Of a stretch of DNA of 64,000 bases, positions 22,931-36,700 are shown one piece after another. Source of the stretch: Takakia lepidozioides. Lineage: Eukaryota > Plantae > Bryophyta. The notes beneath the pieces were generated by a model, which saw nothing but the letters and a program-made list of their open reading frames with translations, was not told where the DNA came from and made no database searches. The position numbers and the translations under genes are program-made. Position 1 is the first letter of the stretch; each line of letters opens with the position of its first letter. Where the stretch lies: positions 34,596,001-34,660,000 of the forward strand of contig CM060734.1 in the NCBI GenBank assembly GCA_030704615.1. Reading direction: 5' to 3'.

Positions 22931-24821
22931 AGTACGCTCCTATCCACAGAGACCTACAAATAGTGAACATGCATTGTCAGAATACACCAGAGAGACGACT
23001 ATATTCTTTCTAGTACAGAAGCACCTCACATACATTAGTAGCAGACGTCGAATTTAACAAAAAGCAGGATGCGATCAACAATCCAAGGGAAGCGGGAGAT
23101 TGGCAAGACCAGGGTTGCAATGCTGGTATGAAGTGAAGGCGCCAAGAAGTGTAACCCGAGTCAAGAACCGAGTGGAGTTGTTGCGTATTGGGGAGCGAGA
23201 CAGAGCGACTTGCAGTTCTGTTGTGGTGAGCGTGGGACAACCGTTTCAACCAGACTCCGCACAGAACTGCCTTACTGGCTTTTGCGTCACTGCCGTTTAC
23301 TAACGATTTCGCTTAGCTGTCGGTTTGGCCTATAACGGGATTCACAAATTCGGTGTAAGAAATGTCTCTCGGTAGTACAGTCAACCTCTTTGCACGGGAA
23401 TACCAGGGAATGCCCTTAAATCCGGGAATGTCCTCGACTCAGGGCATTACCCTATACAAAAGGAACTCCCACCACAAAAGAACCCACGGATCAGGCCCGG
23501 CCCATTCCAGCGGCTGGTGGATGGATTAGTCTTGTCTATGGGCAGGACCAAAAGCAAATCAAACCGATCCAATATTTTTGTTTTTGCTCGACGATAAGCA
23601 CAGGTGGGAAGAAAAACATCGAACTTACTTATAGGAACATCCAAAAAATTCGACTGTTCTCTCCTCCAAAAACATGCAAAAGTATAGTCAGATTGCGTGT
23701 TTGCATTTAATTCTTACATGAACCATCCCTAATTTGGGGCAAGCTGCTTTAGGTGGCTGTGAATTGAAATGTGGTTGGGGTCTTGCAAGGAAAAAATATT
23801 TTTTCGGACCAACAGCCTGGTCAAACAAATTCTTCCCTCTAAAATTGGAGTACACTACAGATTTAGGGCTTACCATTTTGTTATAATCTTCCTAATAACA
23901 CGGTAAAATGGGTTGGAATTTTTACAGCGGGTGCATGAGGTAGGTAGCCTTCCTTTCATACAGTTCATCCTTGTGGATGTTTGTTAGCTGGGAGATATAC
24001 CCTCATCCGTTAGGATACTCGCTGTTTTGGAGTGGGCCCATCGGCCTCGTCCATTAGGGGTTAATACCTCTCAACTTCCACCCTTTTTTTTACTTACCCG
24101 AAGCTGTCCCCATGCATATCCTGACCGACACAAGGAAGCCAACAATCTGACCCTAGGTAGCATATCAACACAGACTTTTCCTTACCATTATGCAGCTCTC
24201 ACAGATAGAATATTGATCGATTCATCCCTCTAGATCCTTCTGTGCTATTGCTTCAGCTGATCTTTACAGGGCTCAATAGACCTAATCCCAGAAACATCGT
24301 GCTATTTTTAAGAAGGTAATATGGTGGGCTTACTAGATAGTGAAATGATCCAAGGGTAAACTCCACTAGTAAACTCCACTGAAATTTTGAATGACAGAAG
24401 GAGGCCAAGTAGACCCAAGTACCATGAGCAGGCACACTGGGGTGCCTTACATGACGGTTATTAATGCAAATCCTTGTTTAGCTTACTATAACCCCCGCTT
24501 TTTAATTCCTGGACCACTCTCTAATGGACAGGGGCCAGCCAAACTTGGGGGACTTATTTCCTTTTGCATTGGCGAGGACTGTTCATCTTGTATTTGTTTG
24601 CGCAAAATTTATAATTCCCCCTTTAGCAGGCCAACAGCAAATAAATTCAGCTAACCCAGCCAACCGTAAGTGGGTCCATGGTATGCCGCATGGAATGTGA
24701 GGCCATTTTCGTCCCAATTAAAACATGGCCAGTTGTTGGCAACTCCAGTAACTTTATGGATGAATGCTTGGAGCAGATGAAGAATGCCTGAGACAGAAGC
24801 ATGTGTTGAGAGACCAGCATC

Positions 24822-25353
24822 CAGCTTCTAAAATATTTTATTAAAGGAAAAAAAAAAAAAACTTCTAGATATGTTTTTATTTTTGGCGAAATTTCGCACT
24901 TTTTCGACTTCAAAAATCAAAATCGAATATTCTGTCGTAAATTCCCTATTTTCTCATGGATGAAATCGCCAAAATTCTATAAACAAATATAAATCTTGGA
25001 TGAATTCGCCCAATATGGATTATATACATGGATGAAAGTACAGAGGAGGATGATTCCGTCCAAATTTCAGTGGATGAGCAGAAAATATGGCTATTTCCTG
25101 CAAAACTCAGTAGCCAGTCTTGTTCTTTTCCAAATTTGAAAAACAAAACACTGAATTTCATGGATGACTGCGGTGTGTTAATTTTGGACAAAATTACGTT
25201 TCTATTGACACCTCTTCTGTTTGATTTGGATGCTACCAATCACTTTTTGGAAGTCATGAGGTGAATACCGTAGGCCCGTTAGCACTAAAATGGTGTGCGA
25301 ATCAGCCATTCTTTTAGTGGCGAAGAATCGCCAGATTTCGACCTCGCGCGGGT
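24822..25353. repeat. Probable non-autonomous DNA element interrupted by the MULE (remainder at ~37623-37673)
   Basis: Repeated GGCGAA/TCGCC motifs on both sides of the MULE. An 8-bp inverted repeat CAGCTTCT (24822) / AGAAGCTG (37666-37673) is present, but no TSD was found. Confidence 0.35.
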
Positions 25354-25362
25354 CTTGGTGAC

Positions 25363-25686
25363 GCCTCTCATTTTAAGATAATAGGGTCTTCAATGGGCAC
25401 GTGCGATGTGGCCGGTGGGCCCTGCGCACGGACGCCCGGCTCCCCAGCACCCCGCCCGCCCCGCCCGCCGCTGCGCGCGGGCGCGGCTGCAGCAACCGCG
25501 CTCGCACCCCCGTCCGCCGCGCGGCCAGTCCCCCGCCCACGAGTCCGCTGCCCAGTAGTCTGCCAATCCGCCAGTCTGCCCGCCAGTCCGGTGTTGGCCA
25601 GTCCCCTGCCATCCAGTCCGCTGACGGCGCAGGATCGCCACCGTCCATTCCCATAACCCATCCGAGCCCTCCATTTTTAGGGCTGC
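25363..25686 (+). repeat. Left TIR of MULE (GC-rich)
   Basis: Reverse complement of 37213-37613, with indels in the internal AGTC(T/C)G repeat block. Confidence 0.92.
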
Positions 25687-27376
25687 GAAAATGGCAATGA
25701 TCTTCCCATCAAATTCCGGCCGCTCTCTTTTGACGGCTGTTTGTTGTCCAATGTTGCGGTAGGCGTTTCCATGCACGCGACTGTTCCTCTTTTGCGCGCG
25801 ATGTTCATGATGATGATGAAGCGTGTGCTTGAACATGAGAGGACTGTCTCGGCACTACAGCCACCATCGTGCATATGCTTCCACTATTTTTGCCTTCTTG
25901 TTGTGCTTTCGGAAACCTTCGTTTTATGGTTTGGTTCTATGTCATAAATATGGAAAATGCGGACATCTGTCGTCGATAACATCCTCTGCTTGTGATCCAT
26001 CATGATAAGTTTAGCCCCTTCGTACTGCATCCCTCATGAGAGCCTTCACAAGTTTAGTTCGTTAAAGGAACCCATGGGTAACATGGGCGCGAAATTGGTG
26101 GAAGCGTATGCACATGGGGGCGTGTATTGCAGATTTCGTATCGGACGATGGGACTGTTTATGTGACCAAGTATAGCAACTTGCATCCGTCGTGCATAAGT
26201 TGTGGAAAAGGGTGGAGAATCTGAAGAAACCCAGCTTTGTGATGGATCCACATGGTATTATATAAGGGATGGCAGCACAAAAAATCAATTCGAGTCGTCA
26301 CGGAATACCATCCAGTCGTAAGGTCCTCAAACATCCACACACACATGCTGAATGCAGATGTCTGAGACAATTGCATCTGCAAATGCGCGTGGATGTTTGA
26401 GGTCCGTTGTGTCGCGAGTCTGTTCACAGTGGGTCCGCTGGCCCGTCAGTGCTCCGGATATTCCCCTTATCGCGTGCATAACAGTCAGTTTGGAGGCGGT
26501 CTGCTGGAAGTCCGTCTGTTGGGATATCAGTCTGTTGCACTTGTGAATTTGTCAGTCTGTTGTGTCGGAAGTCTGTTGCACTAAGTCTGTTTGACTTCTT
26601 ATTTTCCCTCCGGTCAGTCTTTTGGATTGTTCTCCCGCCAGTCTGGCGAAACGTCCGTCTGCTGGACAGTTCTCCTCTATGGATATCAGTCTGTTGGACT
26701 GTGCATGCATCAGTCTGTTGTGCCGCGAGTCTGTTCGCAATGGGTGTGTTCGACTTTCCTGTTCTCCCTTTACTCTCTTTTGTCTTCATTCCGCTGGCAG
26801 GGAAGTGCCTCCAATATGAAGCCGCTTCACCTCAGCAAAGCGAATAGTCCGCTGGACTGGCGGTCCGGTGGACTCTCAGCCCGATGGGAAATGAGTCTGC
26901 TGCACTTGCGAGGAGCGTGGATGAATTTAGTACGATGCGTTCGTTCGGTGGACGTATTCAATGCGATGACGGCGGATAGTTGGCGCCTGTGAAATCGCAT
27001 CACATTGGCAGTGCCATGCCCGCTTTCCCCCTTCTACTTCTACTTTCTTCTCATGTTCCCTGTGCGGTCGACTCCATTCTCTTCACGCCTGTTTCTTCGC
27101 ACAATTTTGCACTGTTTTGTTTTCCTCTTTGCGTTTCCATCACCGTAACGAAAGACGACCGTTCTTCGCCAGGTGTGGAGAGTTGCGATAAGCCGCGAAG
27201 CGTCGCAAACACGCTCGCCTTCGTAACAACTCGAAGTTCATCGGCTCGGTGAGGTTCTCACTTGCTGCGGTGTTTCCATCTATGTCCTCTTCTTGCTTAG
27301 GGTGAGTCTTTTCATAGGACTTCTATCTGTCGCTCTGTCGCTCATTGTCATTGCACCTTCGTTTCATTCTGCAGCG

Positions 27377-30300
27377 ATGGAGGATGCTTGTGAAAAGGGT
27401 GGAGCGGACTGGTTGGATTTTGTGCACCAAACCAGACTGAAGAAGGAGCGAAGGTACTGGTACTCACCAGACGAGTTTGATCATAAAATAGTGGAAGCAT
27501 TTGTAGACCTCCGCGCCCGGAAGCCCAAAAACTCGAATTGGCAGAAGGACAAGCTCTTCTGTCCCTTCTGTGAAGAGGTAATCAAGGACAAAATCCAACT
27601 AAATCGGCATTGTGTTGACACGGGTTGCAAGGAGACTGTTGCAATGATTCCACGGGATTTCAAGCCTTGGCCGATACTGAAAGAAATGTCGATTGTCAAA
27701 GAGGCCACAATGCGCTTGCGCAGATCAGTGCTTAACCCCCGCACTTTGGAATTAAACGAAGTGCGCGCACGCGGTATGACGTCCATTGTGGTGGTCCGTC
27801 AATGGAGGATTTGCAAGTGCAGGGAACGCCGGACGCTCCCAGAAAACATAAACTGAATGATGGGGCCCAAAAAAAGGAGAGGCAAAAAAAGGAGAAGGCT
27901 GCAAGGTCTGCTCGCGAGGCAAGGGCAAAATCCACGCAACAGACTGAACCCCGTCCTGGGCGGCAGACCCACACCATCAGTACTGATACTGAAAGTGAAT
28001 CTGCTCAGGGCCTGGAAGGGGTGACAAGTCCAGTGGACATTGACTTGCCTGACCAGACTCGGCAGCAGACTCACACAAATATCGCGACCCATGCCATCGG
28101 CTTAGGGTCAAAACCAAAAACTCAACAGAGCACTGAAGGGCCAGTCTGCCCTGGCACATTGCGCCTCGTTGACTTTGGGCTTTTCCCACCAGAGTGCCCA
28201 CCAATTGGGGATCCAAACTTGTTCCGTTATTTCTACAGAGTTGCCCAGTCAGGTCTGCTACGCACATTCATCCGACAGGCGGAACAGAACTAGTTGAACA
28301 GCTTTGAAGATGAAGATGACGATGATGAAGTAGAGGAGGTAATGGTCAGTCTGACCACCCAGTCTGTTCTCTGTGCTGTTTGAATCCATCATCGGGGTCA
28401 CGTTGCCTATTCAGTCTGGTCAGTCCGCTGTGTTCTCTCCTCAGTCCGCTGGCTCACTCTGCTCGTCAGTTAGTCTGTTTTATATCGCTGCATTACTTAC
28501 TGAGTCCATTTGTCAGTCCACTGGTATAGTCTACTAGTTGCCTCCACCCTACGTACGCACGTTACAGTCTGCTGGTCTGTGAGTCCAGTCTACTGCATGA
28601 GGTGAATATAGAGTCCACGTCCATGTTCCTGACGTTGAAGTTCTTTGCCGTGTACCAGGATGAACGTGTTTCTATTCGTAGGGCCATTCAGGCTTGGCGG
28701 ATACCTAGCAATGATGCTCCTTTACAAGCGACTGCAGTGCGTGCGGAAGTGGACCGAGTGCGAGAGTACATATTATTGAAGTATCCTGGGTCATCTGCTG
28801 CTATAGCGGCATTACATATTCAAGACGCGTCGGGGGGGAATGCGTCTGGGACAGCCAAGTCTGCCATCCAGCAGACTCCCATTCAGCAGGCCGTCATCCA
28901 GCAGACTCCCGTTCAGCAGCCTGTCATCCAGCAGACTCCAACGGAGCAGACTCCCAACGAGCAGCCTGTCATCCTACAGACTCTTCTCCATGAGCCCATC
29001 ATGCAGCCCATGCCAATGGGAAGTCCTGTCATCCAACAGACTGCGGACCAGCAGACTGACCAGCAGACTGCCTTTCTCTCACATAGTACGGCGCTTTTTG
29101 CAGTTTGGCGATCGTCATCACCGGTAATTCGACCCGGAGCTGAAGACCTCACACTTCCCCGACTTAGGGTGGGAGAAATTAATCCCCATTTGGATTGGCA
29201 TAATGAGCTCCACCGGATTGTTGCGGACCGCCGGTGGTCATTTGTACCCTTTCATTATTCCATGGAGTTTTCTATTGAGGAAGCCAACCATGTTCTAGAA
29301 GCCGCCTCTGCTGTTGTCATTGAAGCCACAAGCGACCAAAATGCGCCGCCTCTACTTGTGCAGCTGATTCTCATGGATGACCCACGGCCTGAAGACCTCA
29401 GACATATGCCTATGGCACATCCAACCTTTGGGGTGCGAAGAAAGCACTTGTTTGGATTGACTGAGGAGGACTTTGAGCGCATGGCAGCTTCTTCTACAAC
29501 ACAGATGGATGCAATTTGGCAATTTCCGCTCATACAACAAGTTGATGAAGGATCTGCATAGTTTGAGGATGGACTTACTCCATGGAACAGACCATTCACA
29601 GAATTTTGTGGTGGATGACGCATTGCACTGGTTTGCATTGGTGATGGAGCGAGCAGTATTCGACATTGTTTTGCAGAATCCCAATGTCTTCAAAGTCTTG
29701 TGGTGTGGGATCCCAACTGAAGACCGCATCGGCGCCATTGCTCATCTCGATGGAGCATCCTGTGCCGGCAAATCAAGGACATTGGCCTCGTCGGAAATCT
29801 CTTGAAAGGTAAAATGTTATGGGCAACTTTCGTGTTTCAGCTCAATTTCTTTTGCCAACTTTTTTACAAGTTCACATTTGCATAAACATGTGTTGCAGGG
29901 TGAGTTGATCTGGGAGACAAGCAAGTGCAGGCTGCTTTCGACTCTTTTGCCAGAGGTGCAAGGGACCTTGTCCTGTCTTTACAAGGAGTTCGGGAGACTG
30001 TCCAGCAGACTGGCCACAAGAATGTCGAACAACATATTCCCCACGATACATGTGGGCAGACTGCCCAAGTGCTGGAGACCGAGCATGTGCACCAGACCGT
30101 CCTAGGTAATAGGCCGGATCACTCCCAGCAGACTGCCCCGCACACACATACTCAGTATGTGCAAACAGTACTGAGCGGGCAGCGAACTTTGCAGACTTTG
30201 CAGCAGACCAGCGAACATGGCCACCAGACTGCCCCTCAGCAAACTGTACAGCAGACCATGTAGCAGACCGACGAATCCAGCCAGCAGATTGCCCCTCAGC

Positions 30301-33089
30301 TGACCGTGCAGCAGACCGACGAATCCAGCCAGCAGATTGCCCCTCAGCAGACTGTGCAGCACACTGGTGAACCCACTCAGCAGATGGCCGATCAGACTAT
30401 CCAGGAGACTAACAGCCAGTCTGTTCCCTGGATTGTGCAACAGACTCGGATGCACTGGCCTCACCGGGACCCTGTGGACGAATTTCTGCTGAGTTCCCAA
30501 CAACATGTTTTTGGATCTGCTAGTATGAGTGTTTTGACTGAGTCCACTTTTTCCCCTGGCACATTCACTGACGACGTCATCAGGTCACTGATAAAGCATT
30601 CTTATCCAGCTCCCCGTGGCCTACCTTCTATGACCTTCCAGGTTAGTCCCGTTTTCGTGCGCTCAGTGACGAAAACCATAGATGAGTCTTACGTGATGAC
30701 CGAACTCAATCTGGGAACGCAAAACCGTATCATAGATCTTACAGAAGAGTCTGAGGAAGAAATTGCCGGTGGGTCTTCCATACATGTTCTTGATGTTTCC
30801 CAAGTCCATGGAAATCCGAACACCCAGCCGGCTGTCCACCAGACTGACCAGCACACTGAACAGTGGACACATGGAAGGACTGCCGAGCAACCTGTGGCGG
30901 GGCAGCATACTGTCTTCATTGATGAGCAGACTGAACCGCAGACTAACCAGCAGACTGCACAGGTCACAGATGGAAGGACTGACCAGGATGGCTCGGAGCG
31001 GCAGACTGCAGCTCAGCTCTGACTGCACAGTTCAGATTGCACGGCCTGACCAGCACACTGCACACTTCACAGAGGGAAGGACTGACGACCAACCTGCCAC
31101 CGAGCACATTGCCCACATTGAGGAAGAGACTGAACCGCAGAGTTGCCAGCAGACTGCACAGTTCACAGACGAAATGACTGAAGAAGAACCGGCGGCCGAG
31201 CAGACTGCCCACATTAAGCAACAGACTGAACATGCTGGCAGGCACACTGACAAGGAACCACATGCGGCGCAGACACCGTCTGGTATAGCGCTAGATTACA
31301 TGGAGTTTGCTCCCTCACCTCTTGGGCAGGTTGTGTCATTTCCTCTTTCAGCACTGTTGTTTATGTTTTAGCACATTGTGAAATTGGGCTAATTCGACAT
31401 TTTGCTCGGTATCCTCACAGGATGTTCGTCCCTCCGTCGGCAGACTGTCTACTTCTGAGGACATGACATCTTCCGCCCATGCTGCAAAAGGTGGGATCGA
31501 CAACCAAGAAAAGTGTGGGGGTGAGCACGCCCCCCGATGCGCGGGTCAGTTCTACGCATGCGACCCACGAAGCTGCAAAGACAGGTCCAGCAAGTGTAAA
31601 CAAACCTGCTGACCAGCCTCTGTTGCGAAGTAGGGCGGCAGCGCTGCGTTTGTCTGCTCTATCCAGCCCGCCTACAGCTGTCTCTGCTTCCTAGGGGAGA
31701 GGCAAAGCCAAGAAGCGGGCTGTCGTGGACCATGCTGAGGAGGTCGAGGAGGGTCCGAGTACCAAGAGACCGGCGAAGAAAAAGTCTGGCGTCTTTATGA
31801 ACAAGAACCGCAAGCTGGCCTTGGACATGGACAAAGATGTGGGTCGTTTCTTGGAGCACCACAGGTGAGTACTGTGCTCAGTCTCCTCGTCTGTCTTTGT
31901 CGTTAAGTGCTTTCCGCTCTGTTGTGGTCAGTCTGCACGCTGGTCAGTCTGCTGCTGGTTTCATCATTGTCTGTTGTGGTTAGTCTTGTCAGTCTGATGA
32001 ATTGTTCAGCCTGTAGAGTGTTTGGTACCATGTTGACGTCAGTCTGTTCAGTACATGAGGCTTCCTGAAGGATGGTCTGCTCTGTGCAGGATGGGTGCTC
32101 GGTTTGGCAAAGCACATGCTCTGCACGTGAAGGCGGGTAATTCCATGCTGATGTTTTTTGAAGGGGACCCACGGTTTGAATGCGGACTGTCGCCGGATGA
32201 CATAAAGGCGGTCCAGAAGGTTGAGTCGGAGTGCACAAATAGACTCCTGGAGCTGTGGTGTCGATTCTATGAGAAGCCGGTTGAGGCTGCGTTCACCAAC
32301 ACTATTGTTGTTCTTCCAACGTCGACGTGGACGGTGTTGAAGTCATTGGGGGTGGGGCATGAAAGCCTTATGGAGGTCTTGAAAGGATGCCTCAGCACTG
32401 AACGACTGGGCAAAGACTTGAAAGAGTGCGATTTCATTTTGGTGCCAATTGGGGACGAGTAAGAACTCTTCTGAGACTGTCTCCTGAGACTGTCTCCTGA
32501 GTCATAGTCTGGTTTCGCAGTGTCGTCTTGACTCTGAGCGATTAAGTTGACCTCTGTATTTGTGCAGTGGACTGGGTTTGAAGATTGAGTCTGCTGAGTG
32601 GTCGGTCTGCTGAGTCTGCCCATCATGATTGTGCAATGACGCCATTTGTTTGATACCATTGCAGGGGGCACTAGAGTGTTTGTATCATCGACCTCTGCAA
32701 GGGCTGTTACACTCACCTGAACTCTATCAGGGACTTGCATAAATGTCCCTTTGTTCTAGGGTGGATTCGGAAGCTTCATGCTGAGTGCTTAGGGTACTTG
32801 ATGGACTCACCAGAGTGACATGAGATTGTCCAAGCATTTCAGTTCCACGCGCCTGATGTGCCCCAGCAACCATTCAGCTGGGAGTGTGGCTTTTACGTCA
32901 TGTCATTCATTCAAGTGTTTTATGAGTGGGTAAAAGTCAGAGCAAATGTCTCCAAGACTGCAAAGCCAGAGAGATGAACACCTTTCACGAAGGACTGGTT
33001 TACTTTCAAGTTTGCACTTGGGCAGCGAATGCAGTGTGCCCAATATATCGTGCGGGGGTTGGACAATGTAGAGAAACTGCTCTCATGAG
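27377..33089 (+). pseudogene. MULE cargo gene: N-terminal C2HC-like Zn finger, Q/T-rich repeats, C-terminal Ulp1/peptidase C48 domain; disrupted
   Basis: Approximate exons 27377-28338, 28659-29808, 29899-31329, 31421-31864, 32052-32458 and 32665-33089 with GT-AG borders. CPFCEEVIKDKIQLNRHCVDTGC at the N-terminus. C48 motifs DFILVPIGDE-GH*SVCIIDL...THLNS...VPQQPFSWECGFYVMSF...DWF. Several premature stops and frameshifts. Confidence 0.8.
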
Positions 33090-33552
33090 TATGATGTACT
33101 TGTCCTCTGAAGTCTATGTACCGAAATAAAAAATGCGAGTCTTTTCGCTTACTATTCCAGTGGTGATGAGCACTTTTGTGTACTGTGGGTGCTGGCATGT
33201 TTTGTAATGTTGTCACTAAACTCAATGGACACAATGGTGTCAATTTTTCCATGCACTGTGCACCCGAGTCTGCTGAGCTTGAATGTGCGAGCAGTACGCT
33301 GCCGAGGCTAGGACTGCTGGGTCTGGTACCTAGTCTGGGAGGCACCATGTCCATGAGTCCGCTGGGACGCTGGATTGGCATAAGTTGCAGGGATGAGGTA
33401 GAAGTGTGGTGAGCAGACTTTTGGAGTGGGCAGCAGACTGACCAGCAGACTGGCTTACTGGCGCTCGCAGTCTGTTGACTGTGACTCTGTTGGGAGACTG
33501 TGCATTAGTCCATTGCGGACTTGTATTTCAGAAAGGGACAATGCTACCAGAA

Positions 33553-33738
33553 GAATTGTAGACTTATATTGTCTTCTTCGTGACACCTACACGACATGAA
33601 ACCTTGTCTCTTTTCGAGGAATTGCAGACTTATATTGTCTTCTCCGTGACACCTACATGACGTGAAACCTTGTCTCTTTTCGAGGCATTGCAGACTTATA
33701 TTGTCTTCTTTGTGACATCTACACGACCTGAAACCTTG
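33553..33738. repeat. 66-bp tandem repeat, about 3 copies
   Basis: GACTTATATTGTCTTC begins at 33561, 33627 and 33693. Confidence 0.85.
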
Positions 33739-36700
33739 CAAATTTTCGAGTATATATTTGCTGCAGGTGTAGGTGCAGACACCCTCTTGCTGGTTCTCCG
33801 CAAAACCCTAGGCCGGGTTTTCCAGGCCTCCACGAAATCTCGTCTCCTTTTCAGAGACATGTTGTTGTTGTCGTTCAGAGGACGGAAAGCCTTCGCTGCC
33901 GCAAGGTGCAACATTCCAGCCACACTTTTCGCCAGGATATCAATGAGCTGCCCTCTGCACATATCGAGCATGTGCCTCCAAGTATTTGTCATCACCTACA
34001 ATGCGAAGTATGTCCGCGAATTCTTGTTCCAATGAGGCTGAGACCTCCAAAGGTGCGTCGTCGTAGGGGAAGTCGTTCGGAGGATGTCTTTCCATGAACT
34101 GATTGGATTCGTCGTTGCCGCCGGCACCATTGCCCAAGAGCAAGCTAGGTAATCCTCCATGAATGGTTCCCAGCGCCGTGCCACAAGCGCGCACAAGGAG
34201 GCCATCATGTAGGTCAGGGTGAAGCATCTTCAGGACATGGACCTGATGCTTGCATAAGTTTCCCTTCATTGCCCATAGGCACGTGCAACAACCCCAATCG
34301 CAATCAGGATTGTAAACAATGTATGTTGTGCCGGGGTGGTTGCTGCTGAGAATGTAGGCTGGTTCACCAGGACCCAAGGGAAGAGTAACACTCTCAGCAG
34401 GAATGTCTCGTGCCGCAAGTATAGAACTGGATATGTACTTTTCGTGTTTGTCATTTCTTATGAACCCGTGGGTCTTCAAATGGATTGCATACCAGTAGTG
34501 TGTTAGCACACGGCCAGTGAGTTCCCATATAAGCCAGTCCACTCTACGACCACTCATCTTGCATTTCCCCATGGCAAGTCTTGCCTTCAGATTTCCATGC
34601 TGTGCCTCAATGCTTGCATTTGTGTCTTGGCTCGCATGAGGGACATGGCGGGATGCTATACACCACATTGCTATTTTGGGCTTCCAGTACTGTTCGATAT
34701 AATCAAGAAATTCATGTCCTTTCGGGTATTTTGACCTCATACGACGGATTCTCCTTGCAACCCACCGAAGCGCTCTTTTCTCGTTGCGTGGTCCTCCTCT
34801 ACAGTACATGAGGTCTCCCATATCCTTCAACAAGTTTACAGCGGTCACCGGATCCTTCGTTTTCTTGCATGATTGCTTCACCCATGTCTTGCGGACATGC
34901 CAAAAGCAGAGGAAAATGAGTACTCCTTCAAAAACAATTCTGCACAACACACATGGTACACATTAGAGTCTTGGGATCGGACTGCAATGGTGGACTGCCG
35001 GAGTGGACTATAACAGCGATCTGTATCAGCGGGCAGAGCCACTGGACTCGCCTAATGGACAGTACAATGCCATGACGTTGATGTGCTGGAATAACCCCAT
35101 TGGACTACCCAGTGGACTTCCCCATTAGACTTCCCCTAGCTAGGACTGGGGCAGCGGACTGCATTAGCGGACTGCCCCATTGGACTGCCACAGCGGACTT
35201 GCCAGGGACTGCCGAGTAGACTTGGCAACGGACGGCCGACCCCAGGGACTGCTGAGTGGACTTGGCAGTGGACTGCCGAGCGGACTTGCCAGGGGACTGA
35301 TGACCGGACTTGACAGCGGACTACCAGTGGATTTGCCCAGCAACTGCCATCGGGTTTTGCCACAGGAGTCTGCCAGTGGACTGTAGCAATGGACTGCTGC
35401 AGTGGACCTCGACAATGGACCGGTGTTGTGGACCAACAGACTTACCGAATAGTGTTGATTTCTGCTTCGGCATCGTCCACAATGAAGGCATTGGGTCGCC
35501 AGCTCGGCAAATCTGCGAGGAGTGAATCGCGCAAGGCTCTCATCCACGGAACCAGGTCTCTTGTCCGATTCCTCGCGGATAGGTTATAGGCAACTGGTAT
35601 ACCGTTCAACCACTCGTCGAAGACCATCAACATGTACAATGAGAACTGTTGGAATGCACAATGTAAGATGGTCAGAGCATGCAAATTCCGCTCAGTTCTG
35701 CACGAGAAGACTTCATAAGAGTGATGAGGTCTGTAGCGGTTCACAATGGGTCTGCCTCTCGGTCTTCCGCAACGTACACAACCCTAAACATACAGAAAGG
35801 GTCAGCACACCAAATATTATGTGAATGTTGCATGGTACTATGCTATCATGCTCGTACAAGTCCATGAAATCGTTCGAATAGTACCTTGTCATGATTTGTC
35901 CCAAAGGTTGCATCACATGCAACGATACGGTCATGTCCTAGTTCCAGCATTCGTCGTTTCTGCCACGGAGTCTGTATGCCAATAGTGAATGTCAAATCTC
36001 CATCAAAATGCTCGAATGTGGCTCTAATTTCTCCTCTTGATAGAAAAAAAACGGACGCAGGATTCTGGTCTCTCCACATGCGCACACTCTCTGCATCATC
36101 GGCGTGCTTTTTGAAGGTTTGTCACGCACGTTTCTTGGCAAGGTTGCGAACATCTTGCTCCAACAAGAAATCATCGCGGGTCCATGCATCGCCCAAGCCG
36201 GTGTTGTTCATCACGTACTCTTTATGCTCCATCATGATTTGGGCGACCGACAGGCCTCGGCACAAACACTCGACGACCTAGGCTTTCAATTCCTCGCTAA
36301 TGTGTGGTGCATAGGCGTGGCGGGTGTTCCTGAACTCTGCGGACTTCCCATGCGAGGGTTTCCCTTGCGCATCTGTATGCTCCATGTTGTTGTAGTACGT
36401 GAGGACACAGATGTCAGGGGCGAGATAACATTGTTGGACCTTGAAACAACATTGGCAACCACGTTTGTAAGACTCTCCATACTCCGATTTCTTTCTCCTT
36501 GGGCCTTTATGAGGGCAAGATGTTCCAGCACCCACAAGAGGTCCTCCACGCTTCTGTTTTGGATCCTCCACTATTGCCTTGTTGGTGCGCTTGTCATCAG
36601 GACCGTAACAGCATTGATACCTGGACAGAAAATTCTAAAATCGATATCCAACGACTTGAGGAAGCATAAAATCAGAGAACTCGTGAAACAAAAAATGGCA

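Noticed and set aside
23377-23400. Tc1/mariner TIR (TA-CAGTCAACCTC)
   Set aside because: No matching inverted partner found in the window.
25368-25836. Overlapping GC-rich ORFs in the TIRs (also 37238-37691)
   Set aside because: Artefacts of GC-rich repeat sequence; mirrored in both TIRs with no domain similarity.
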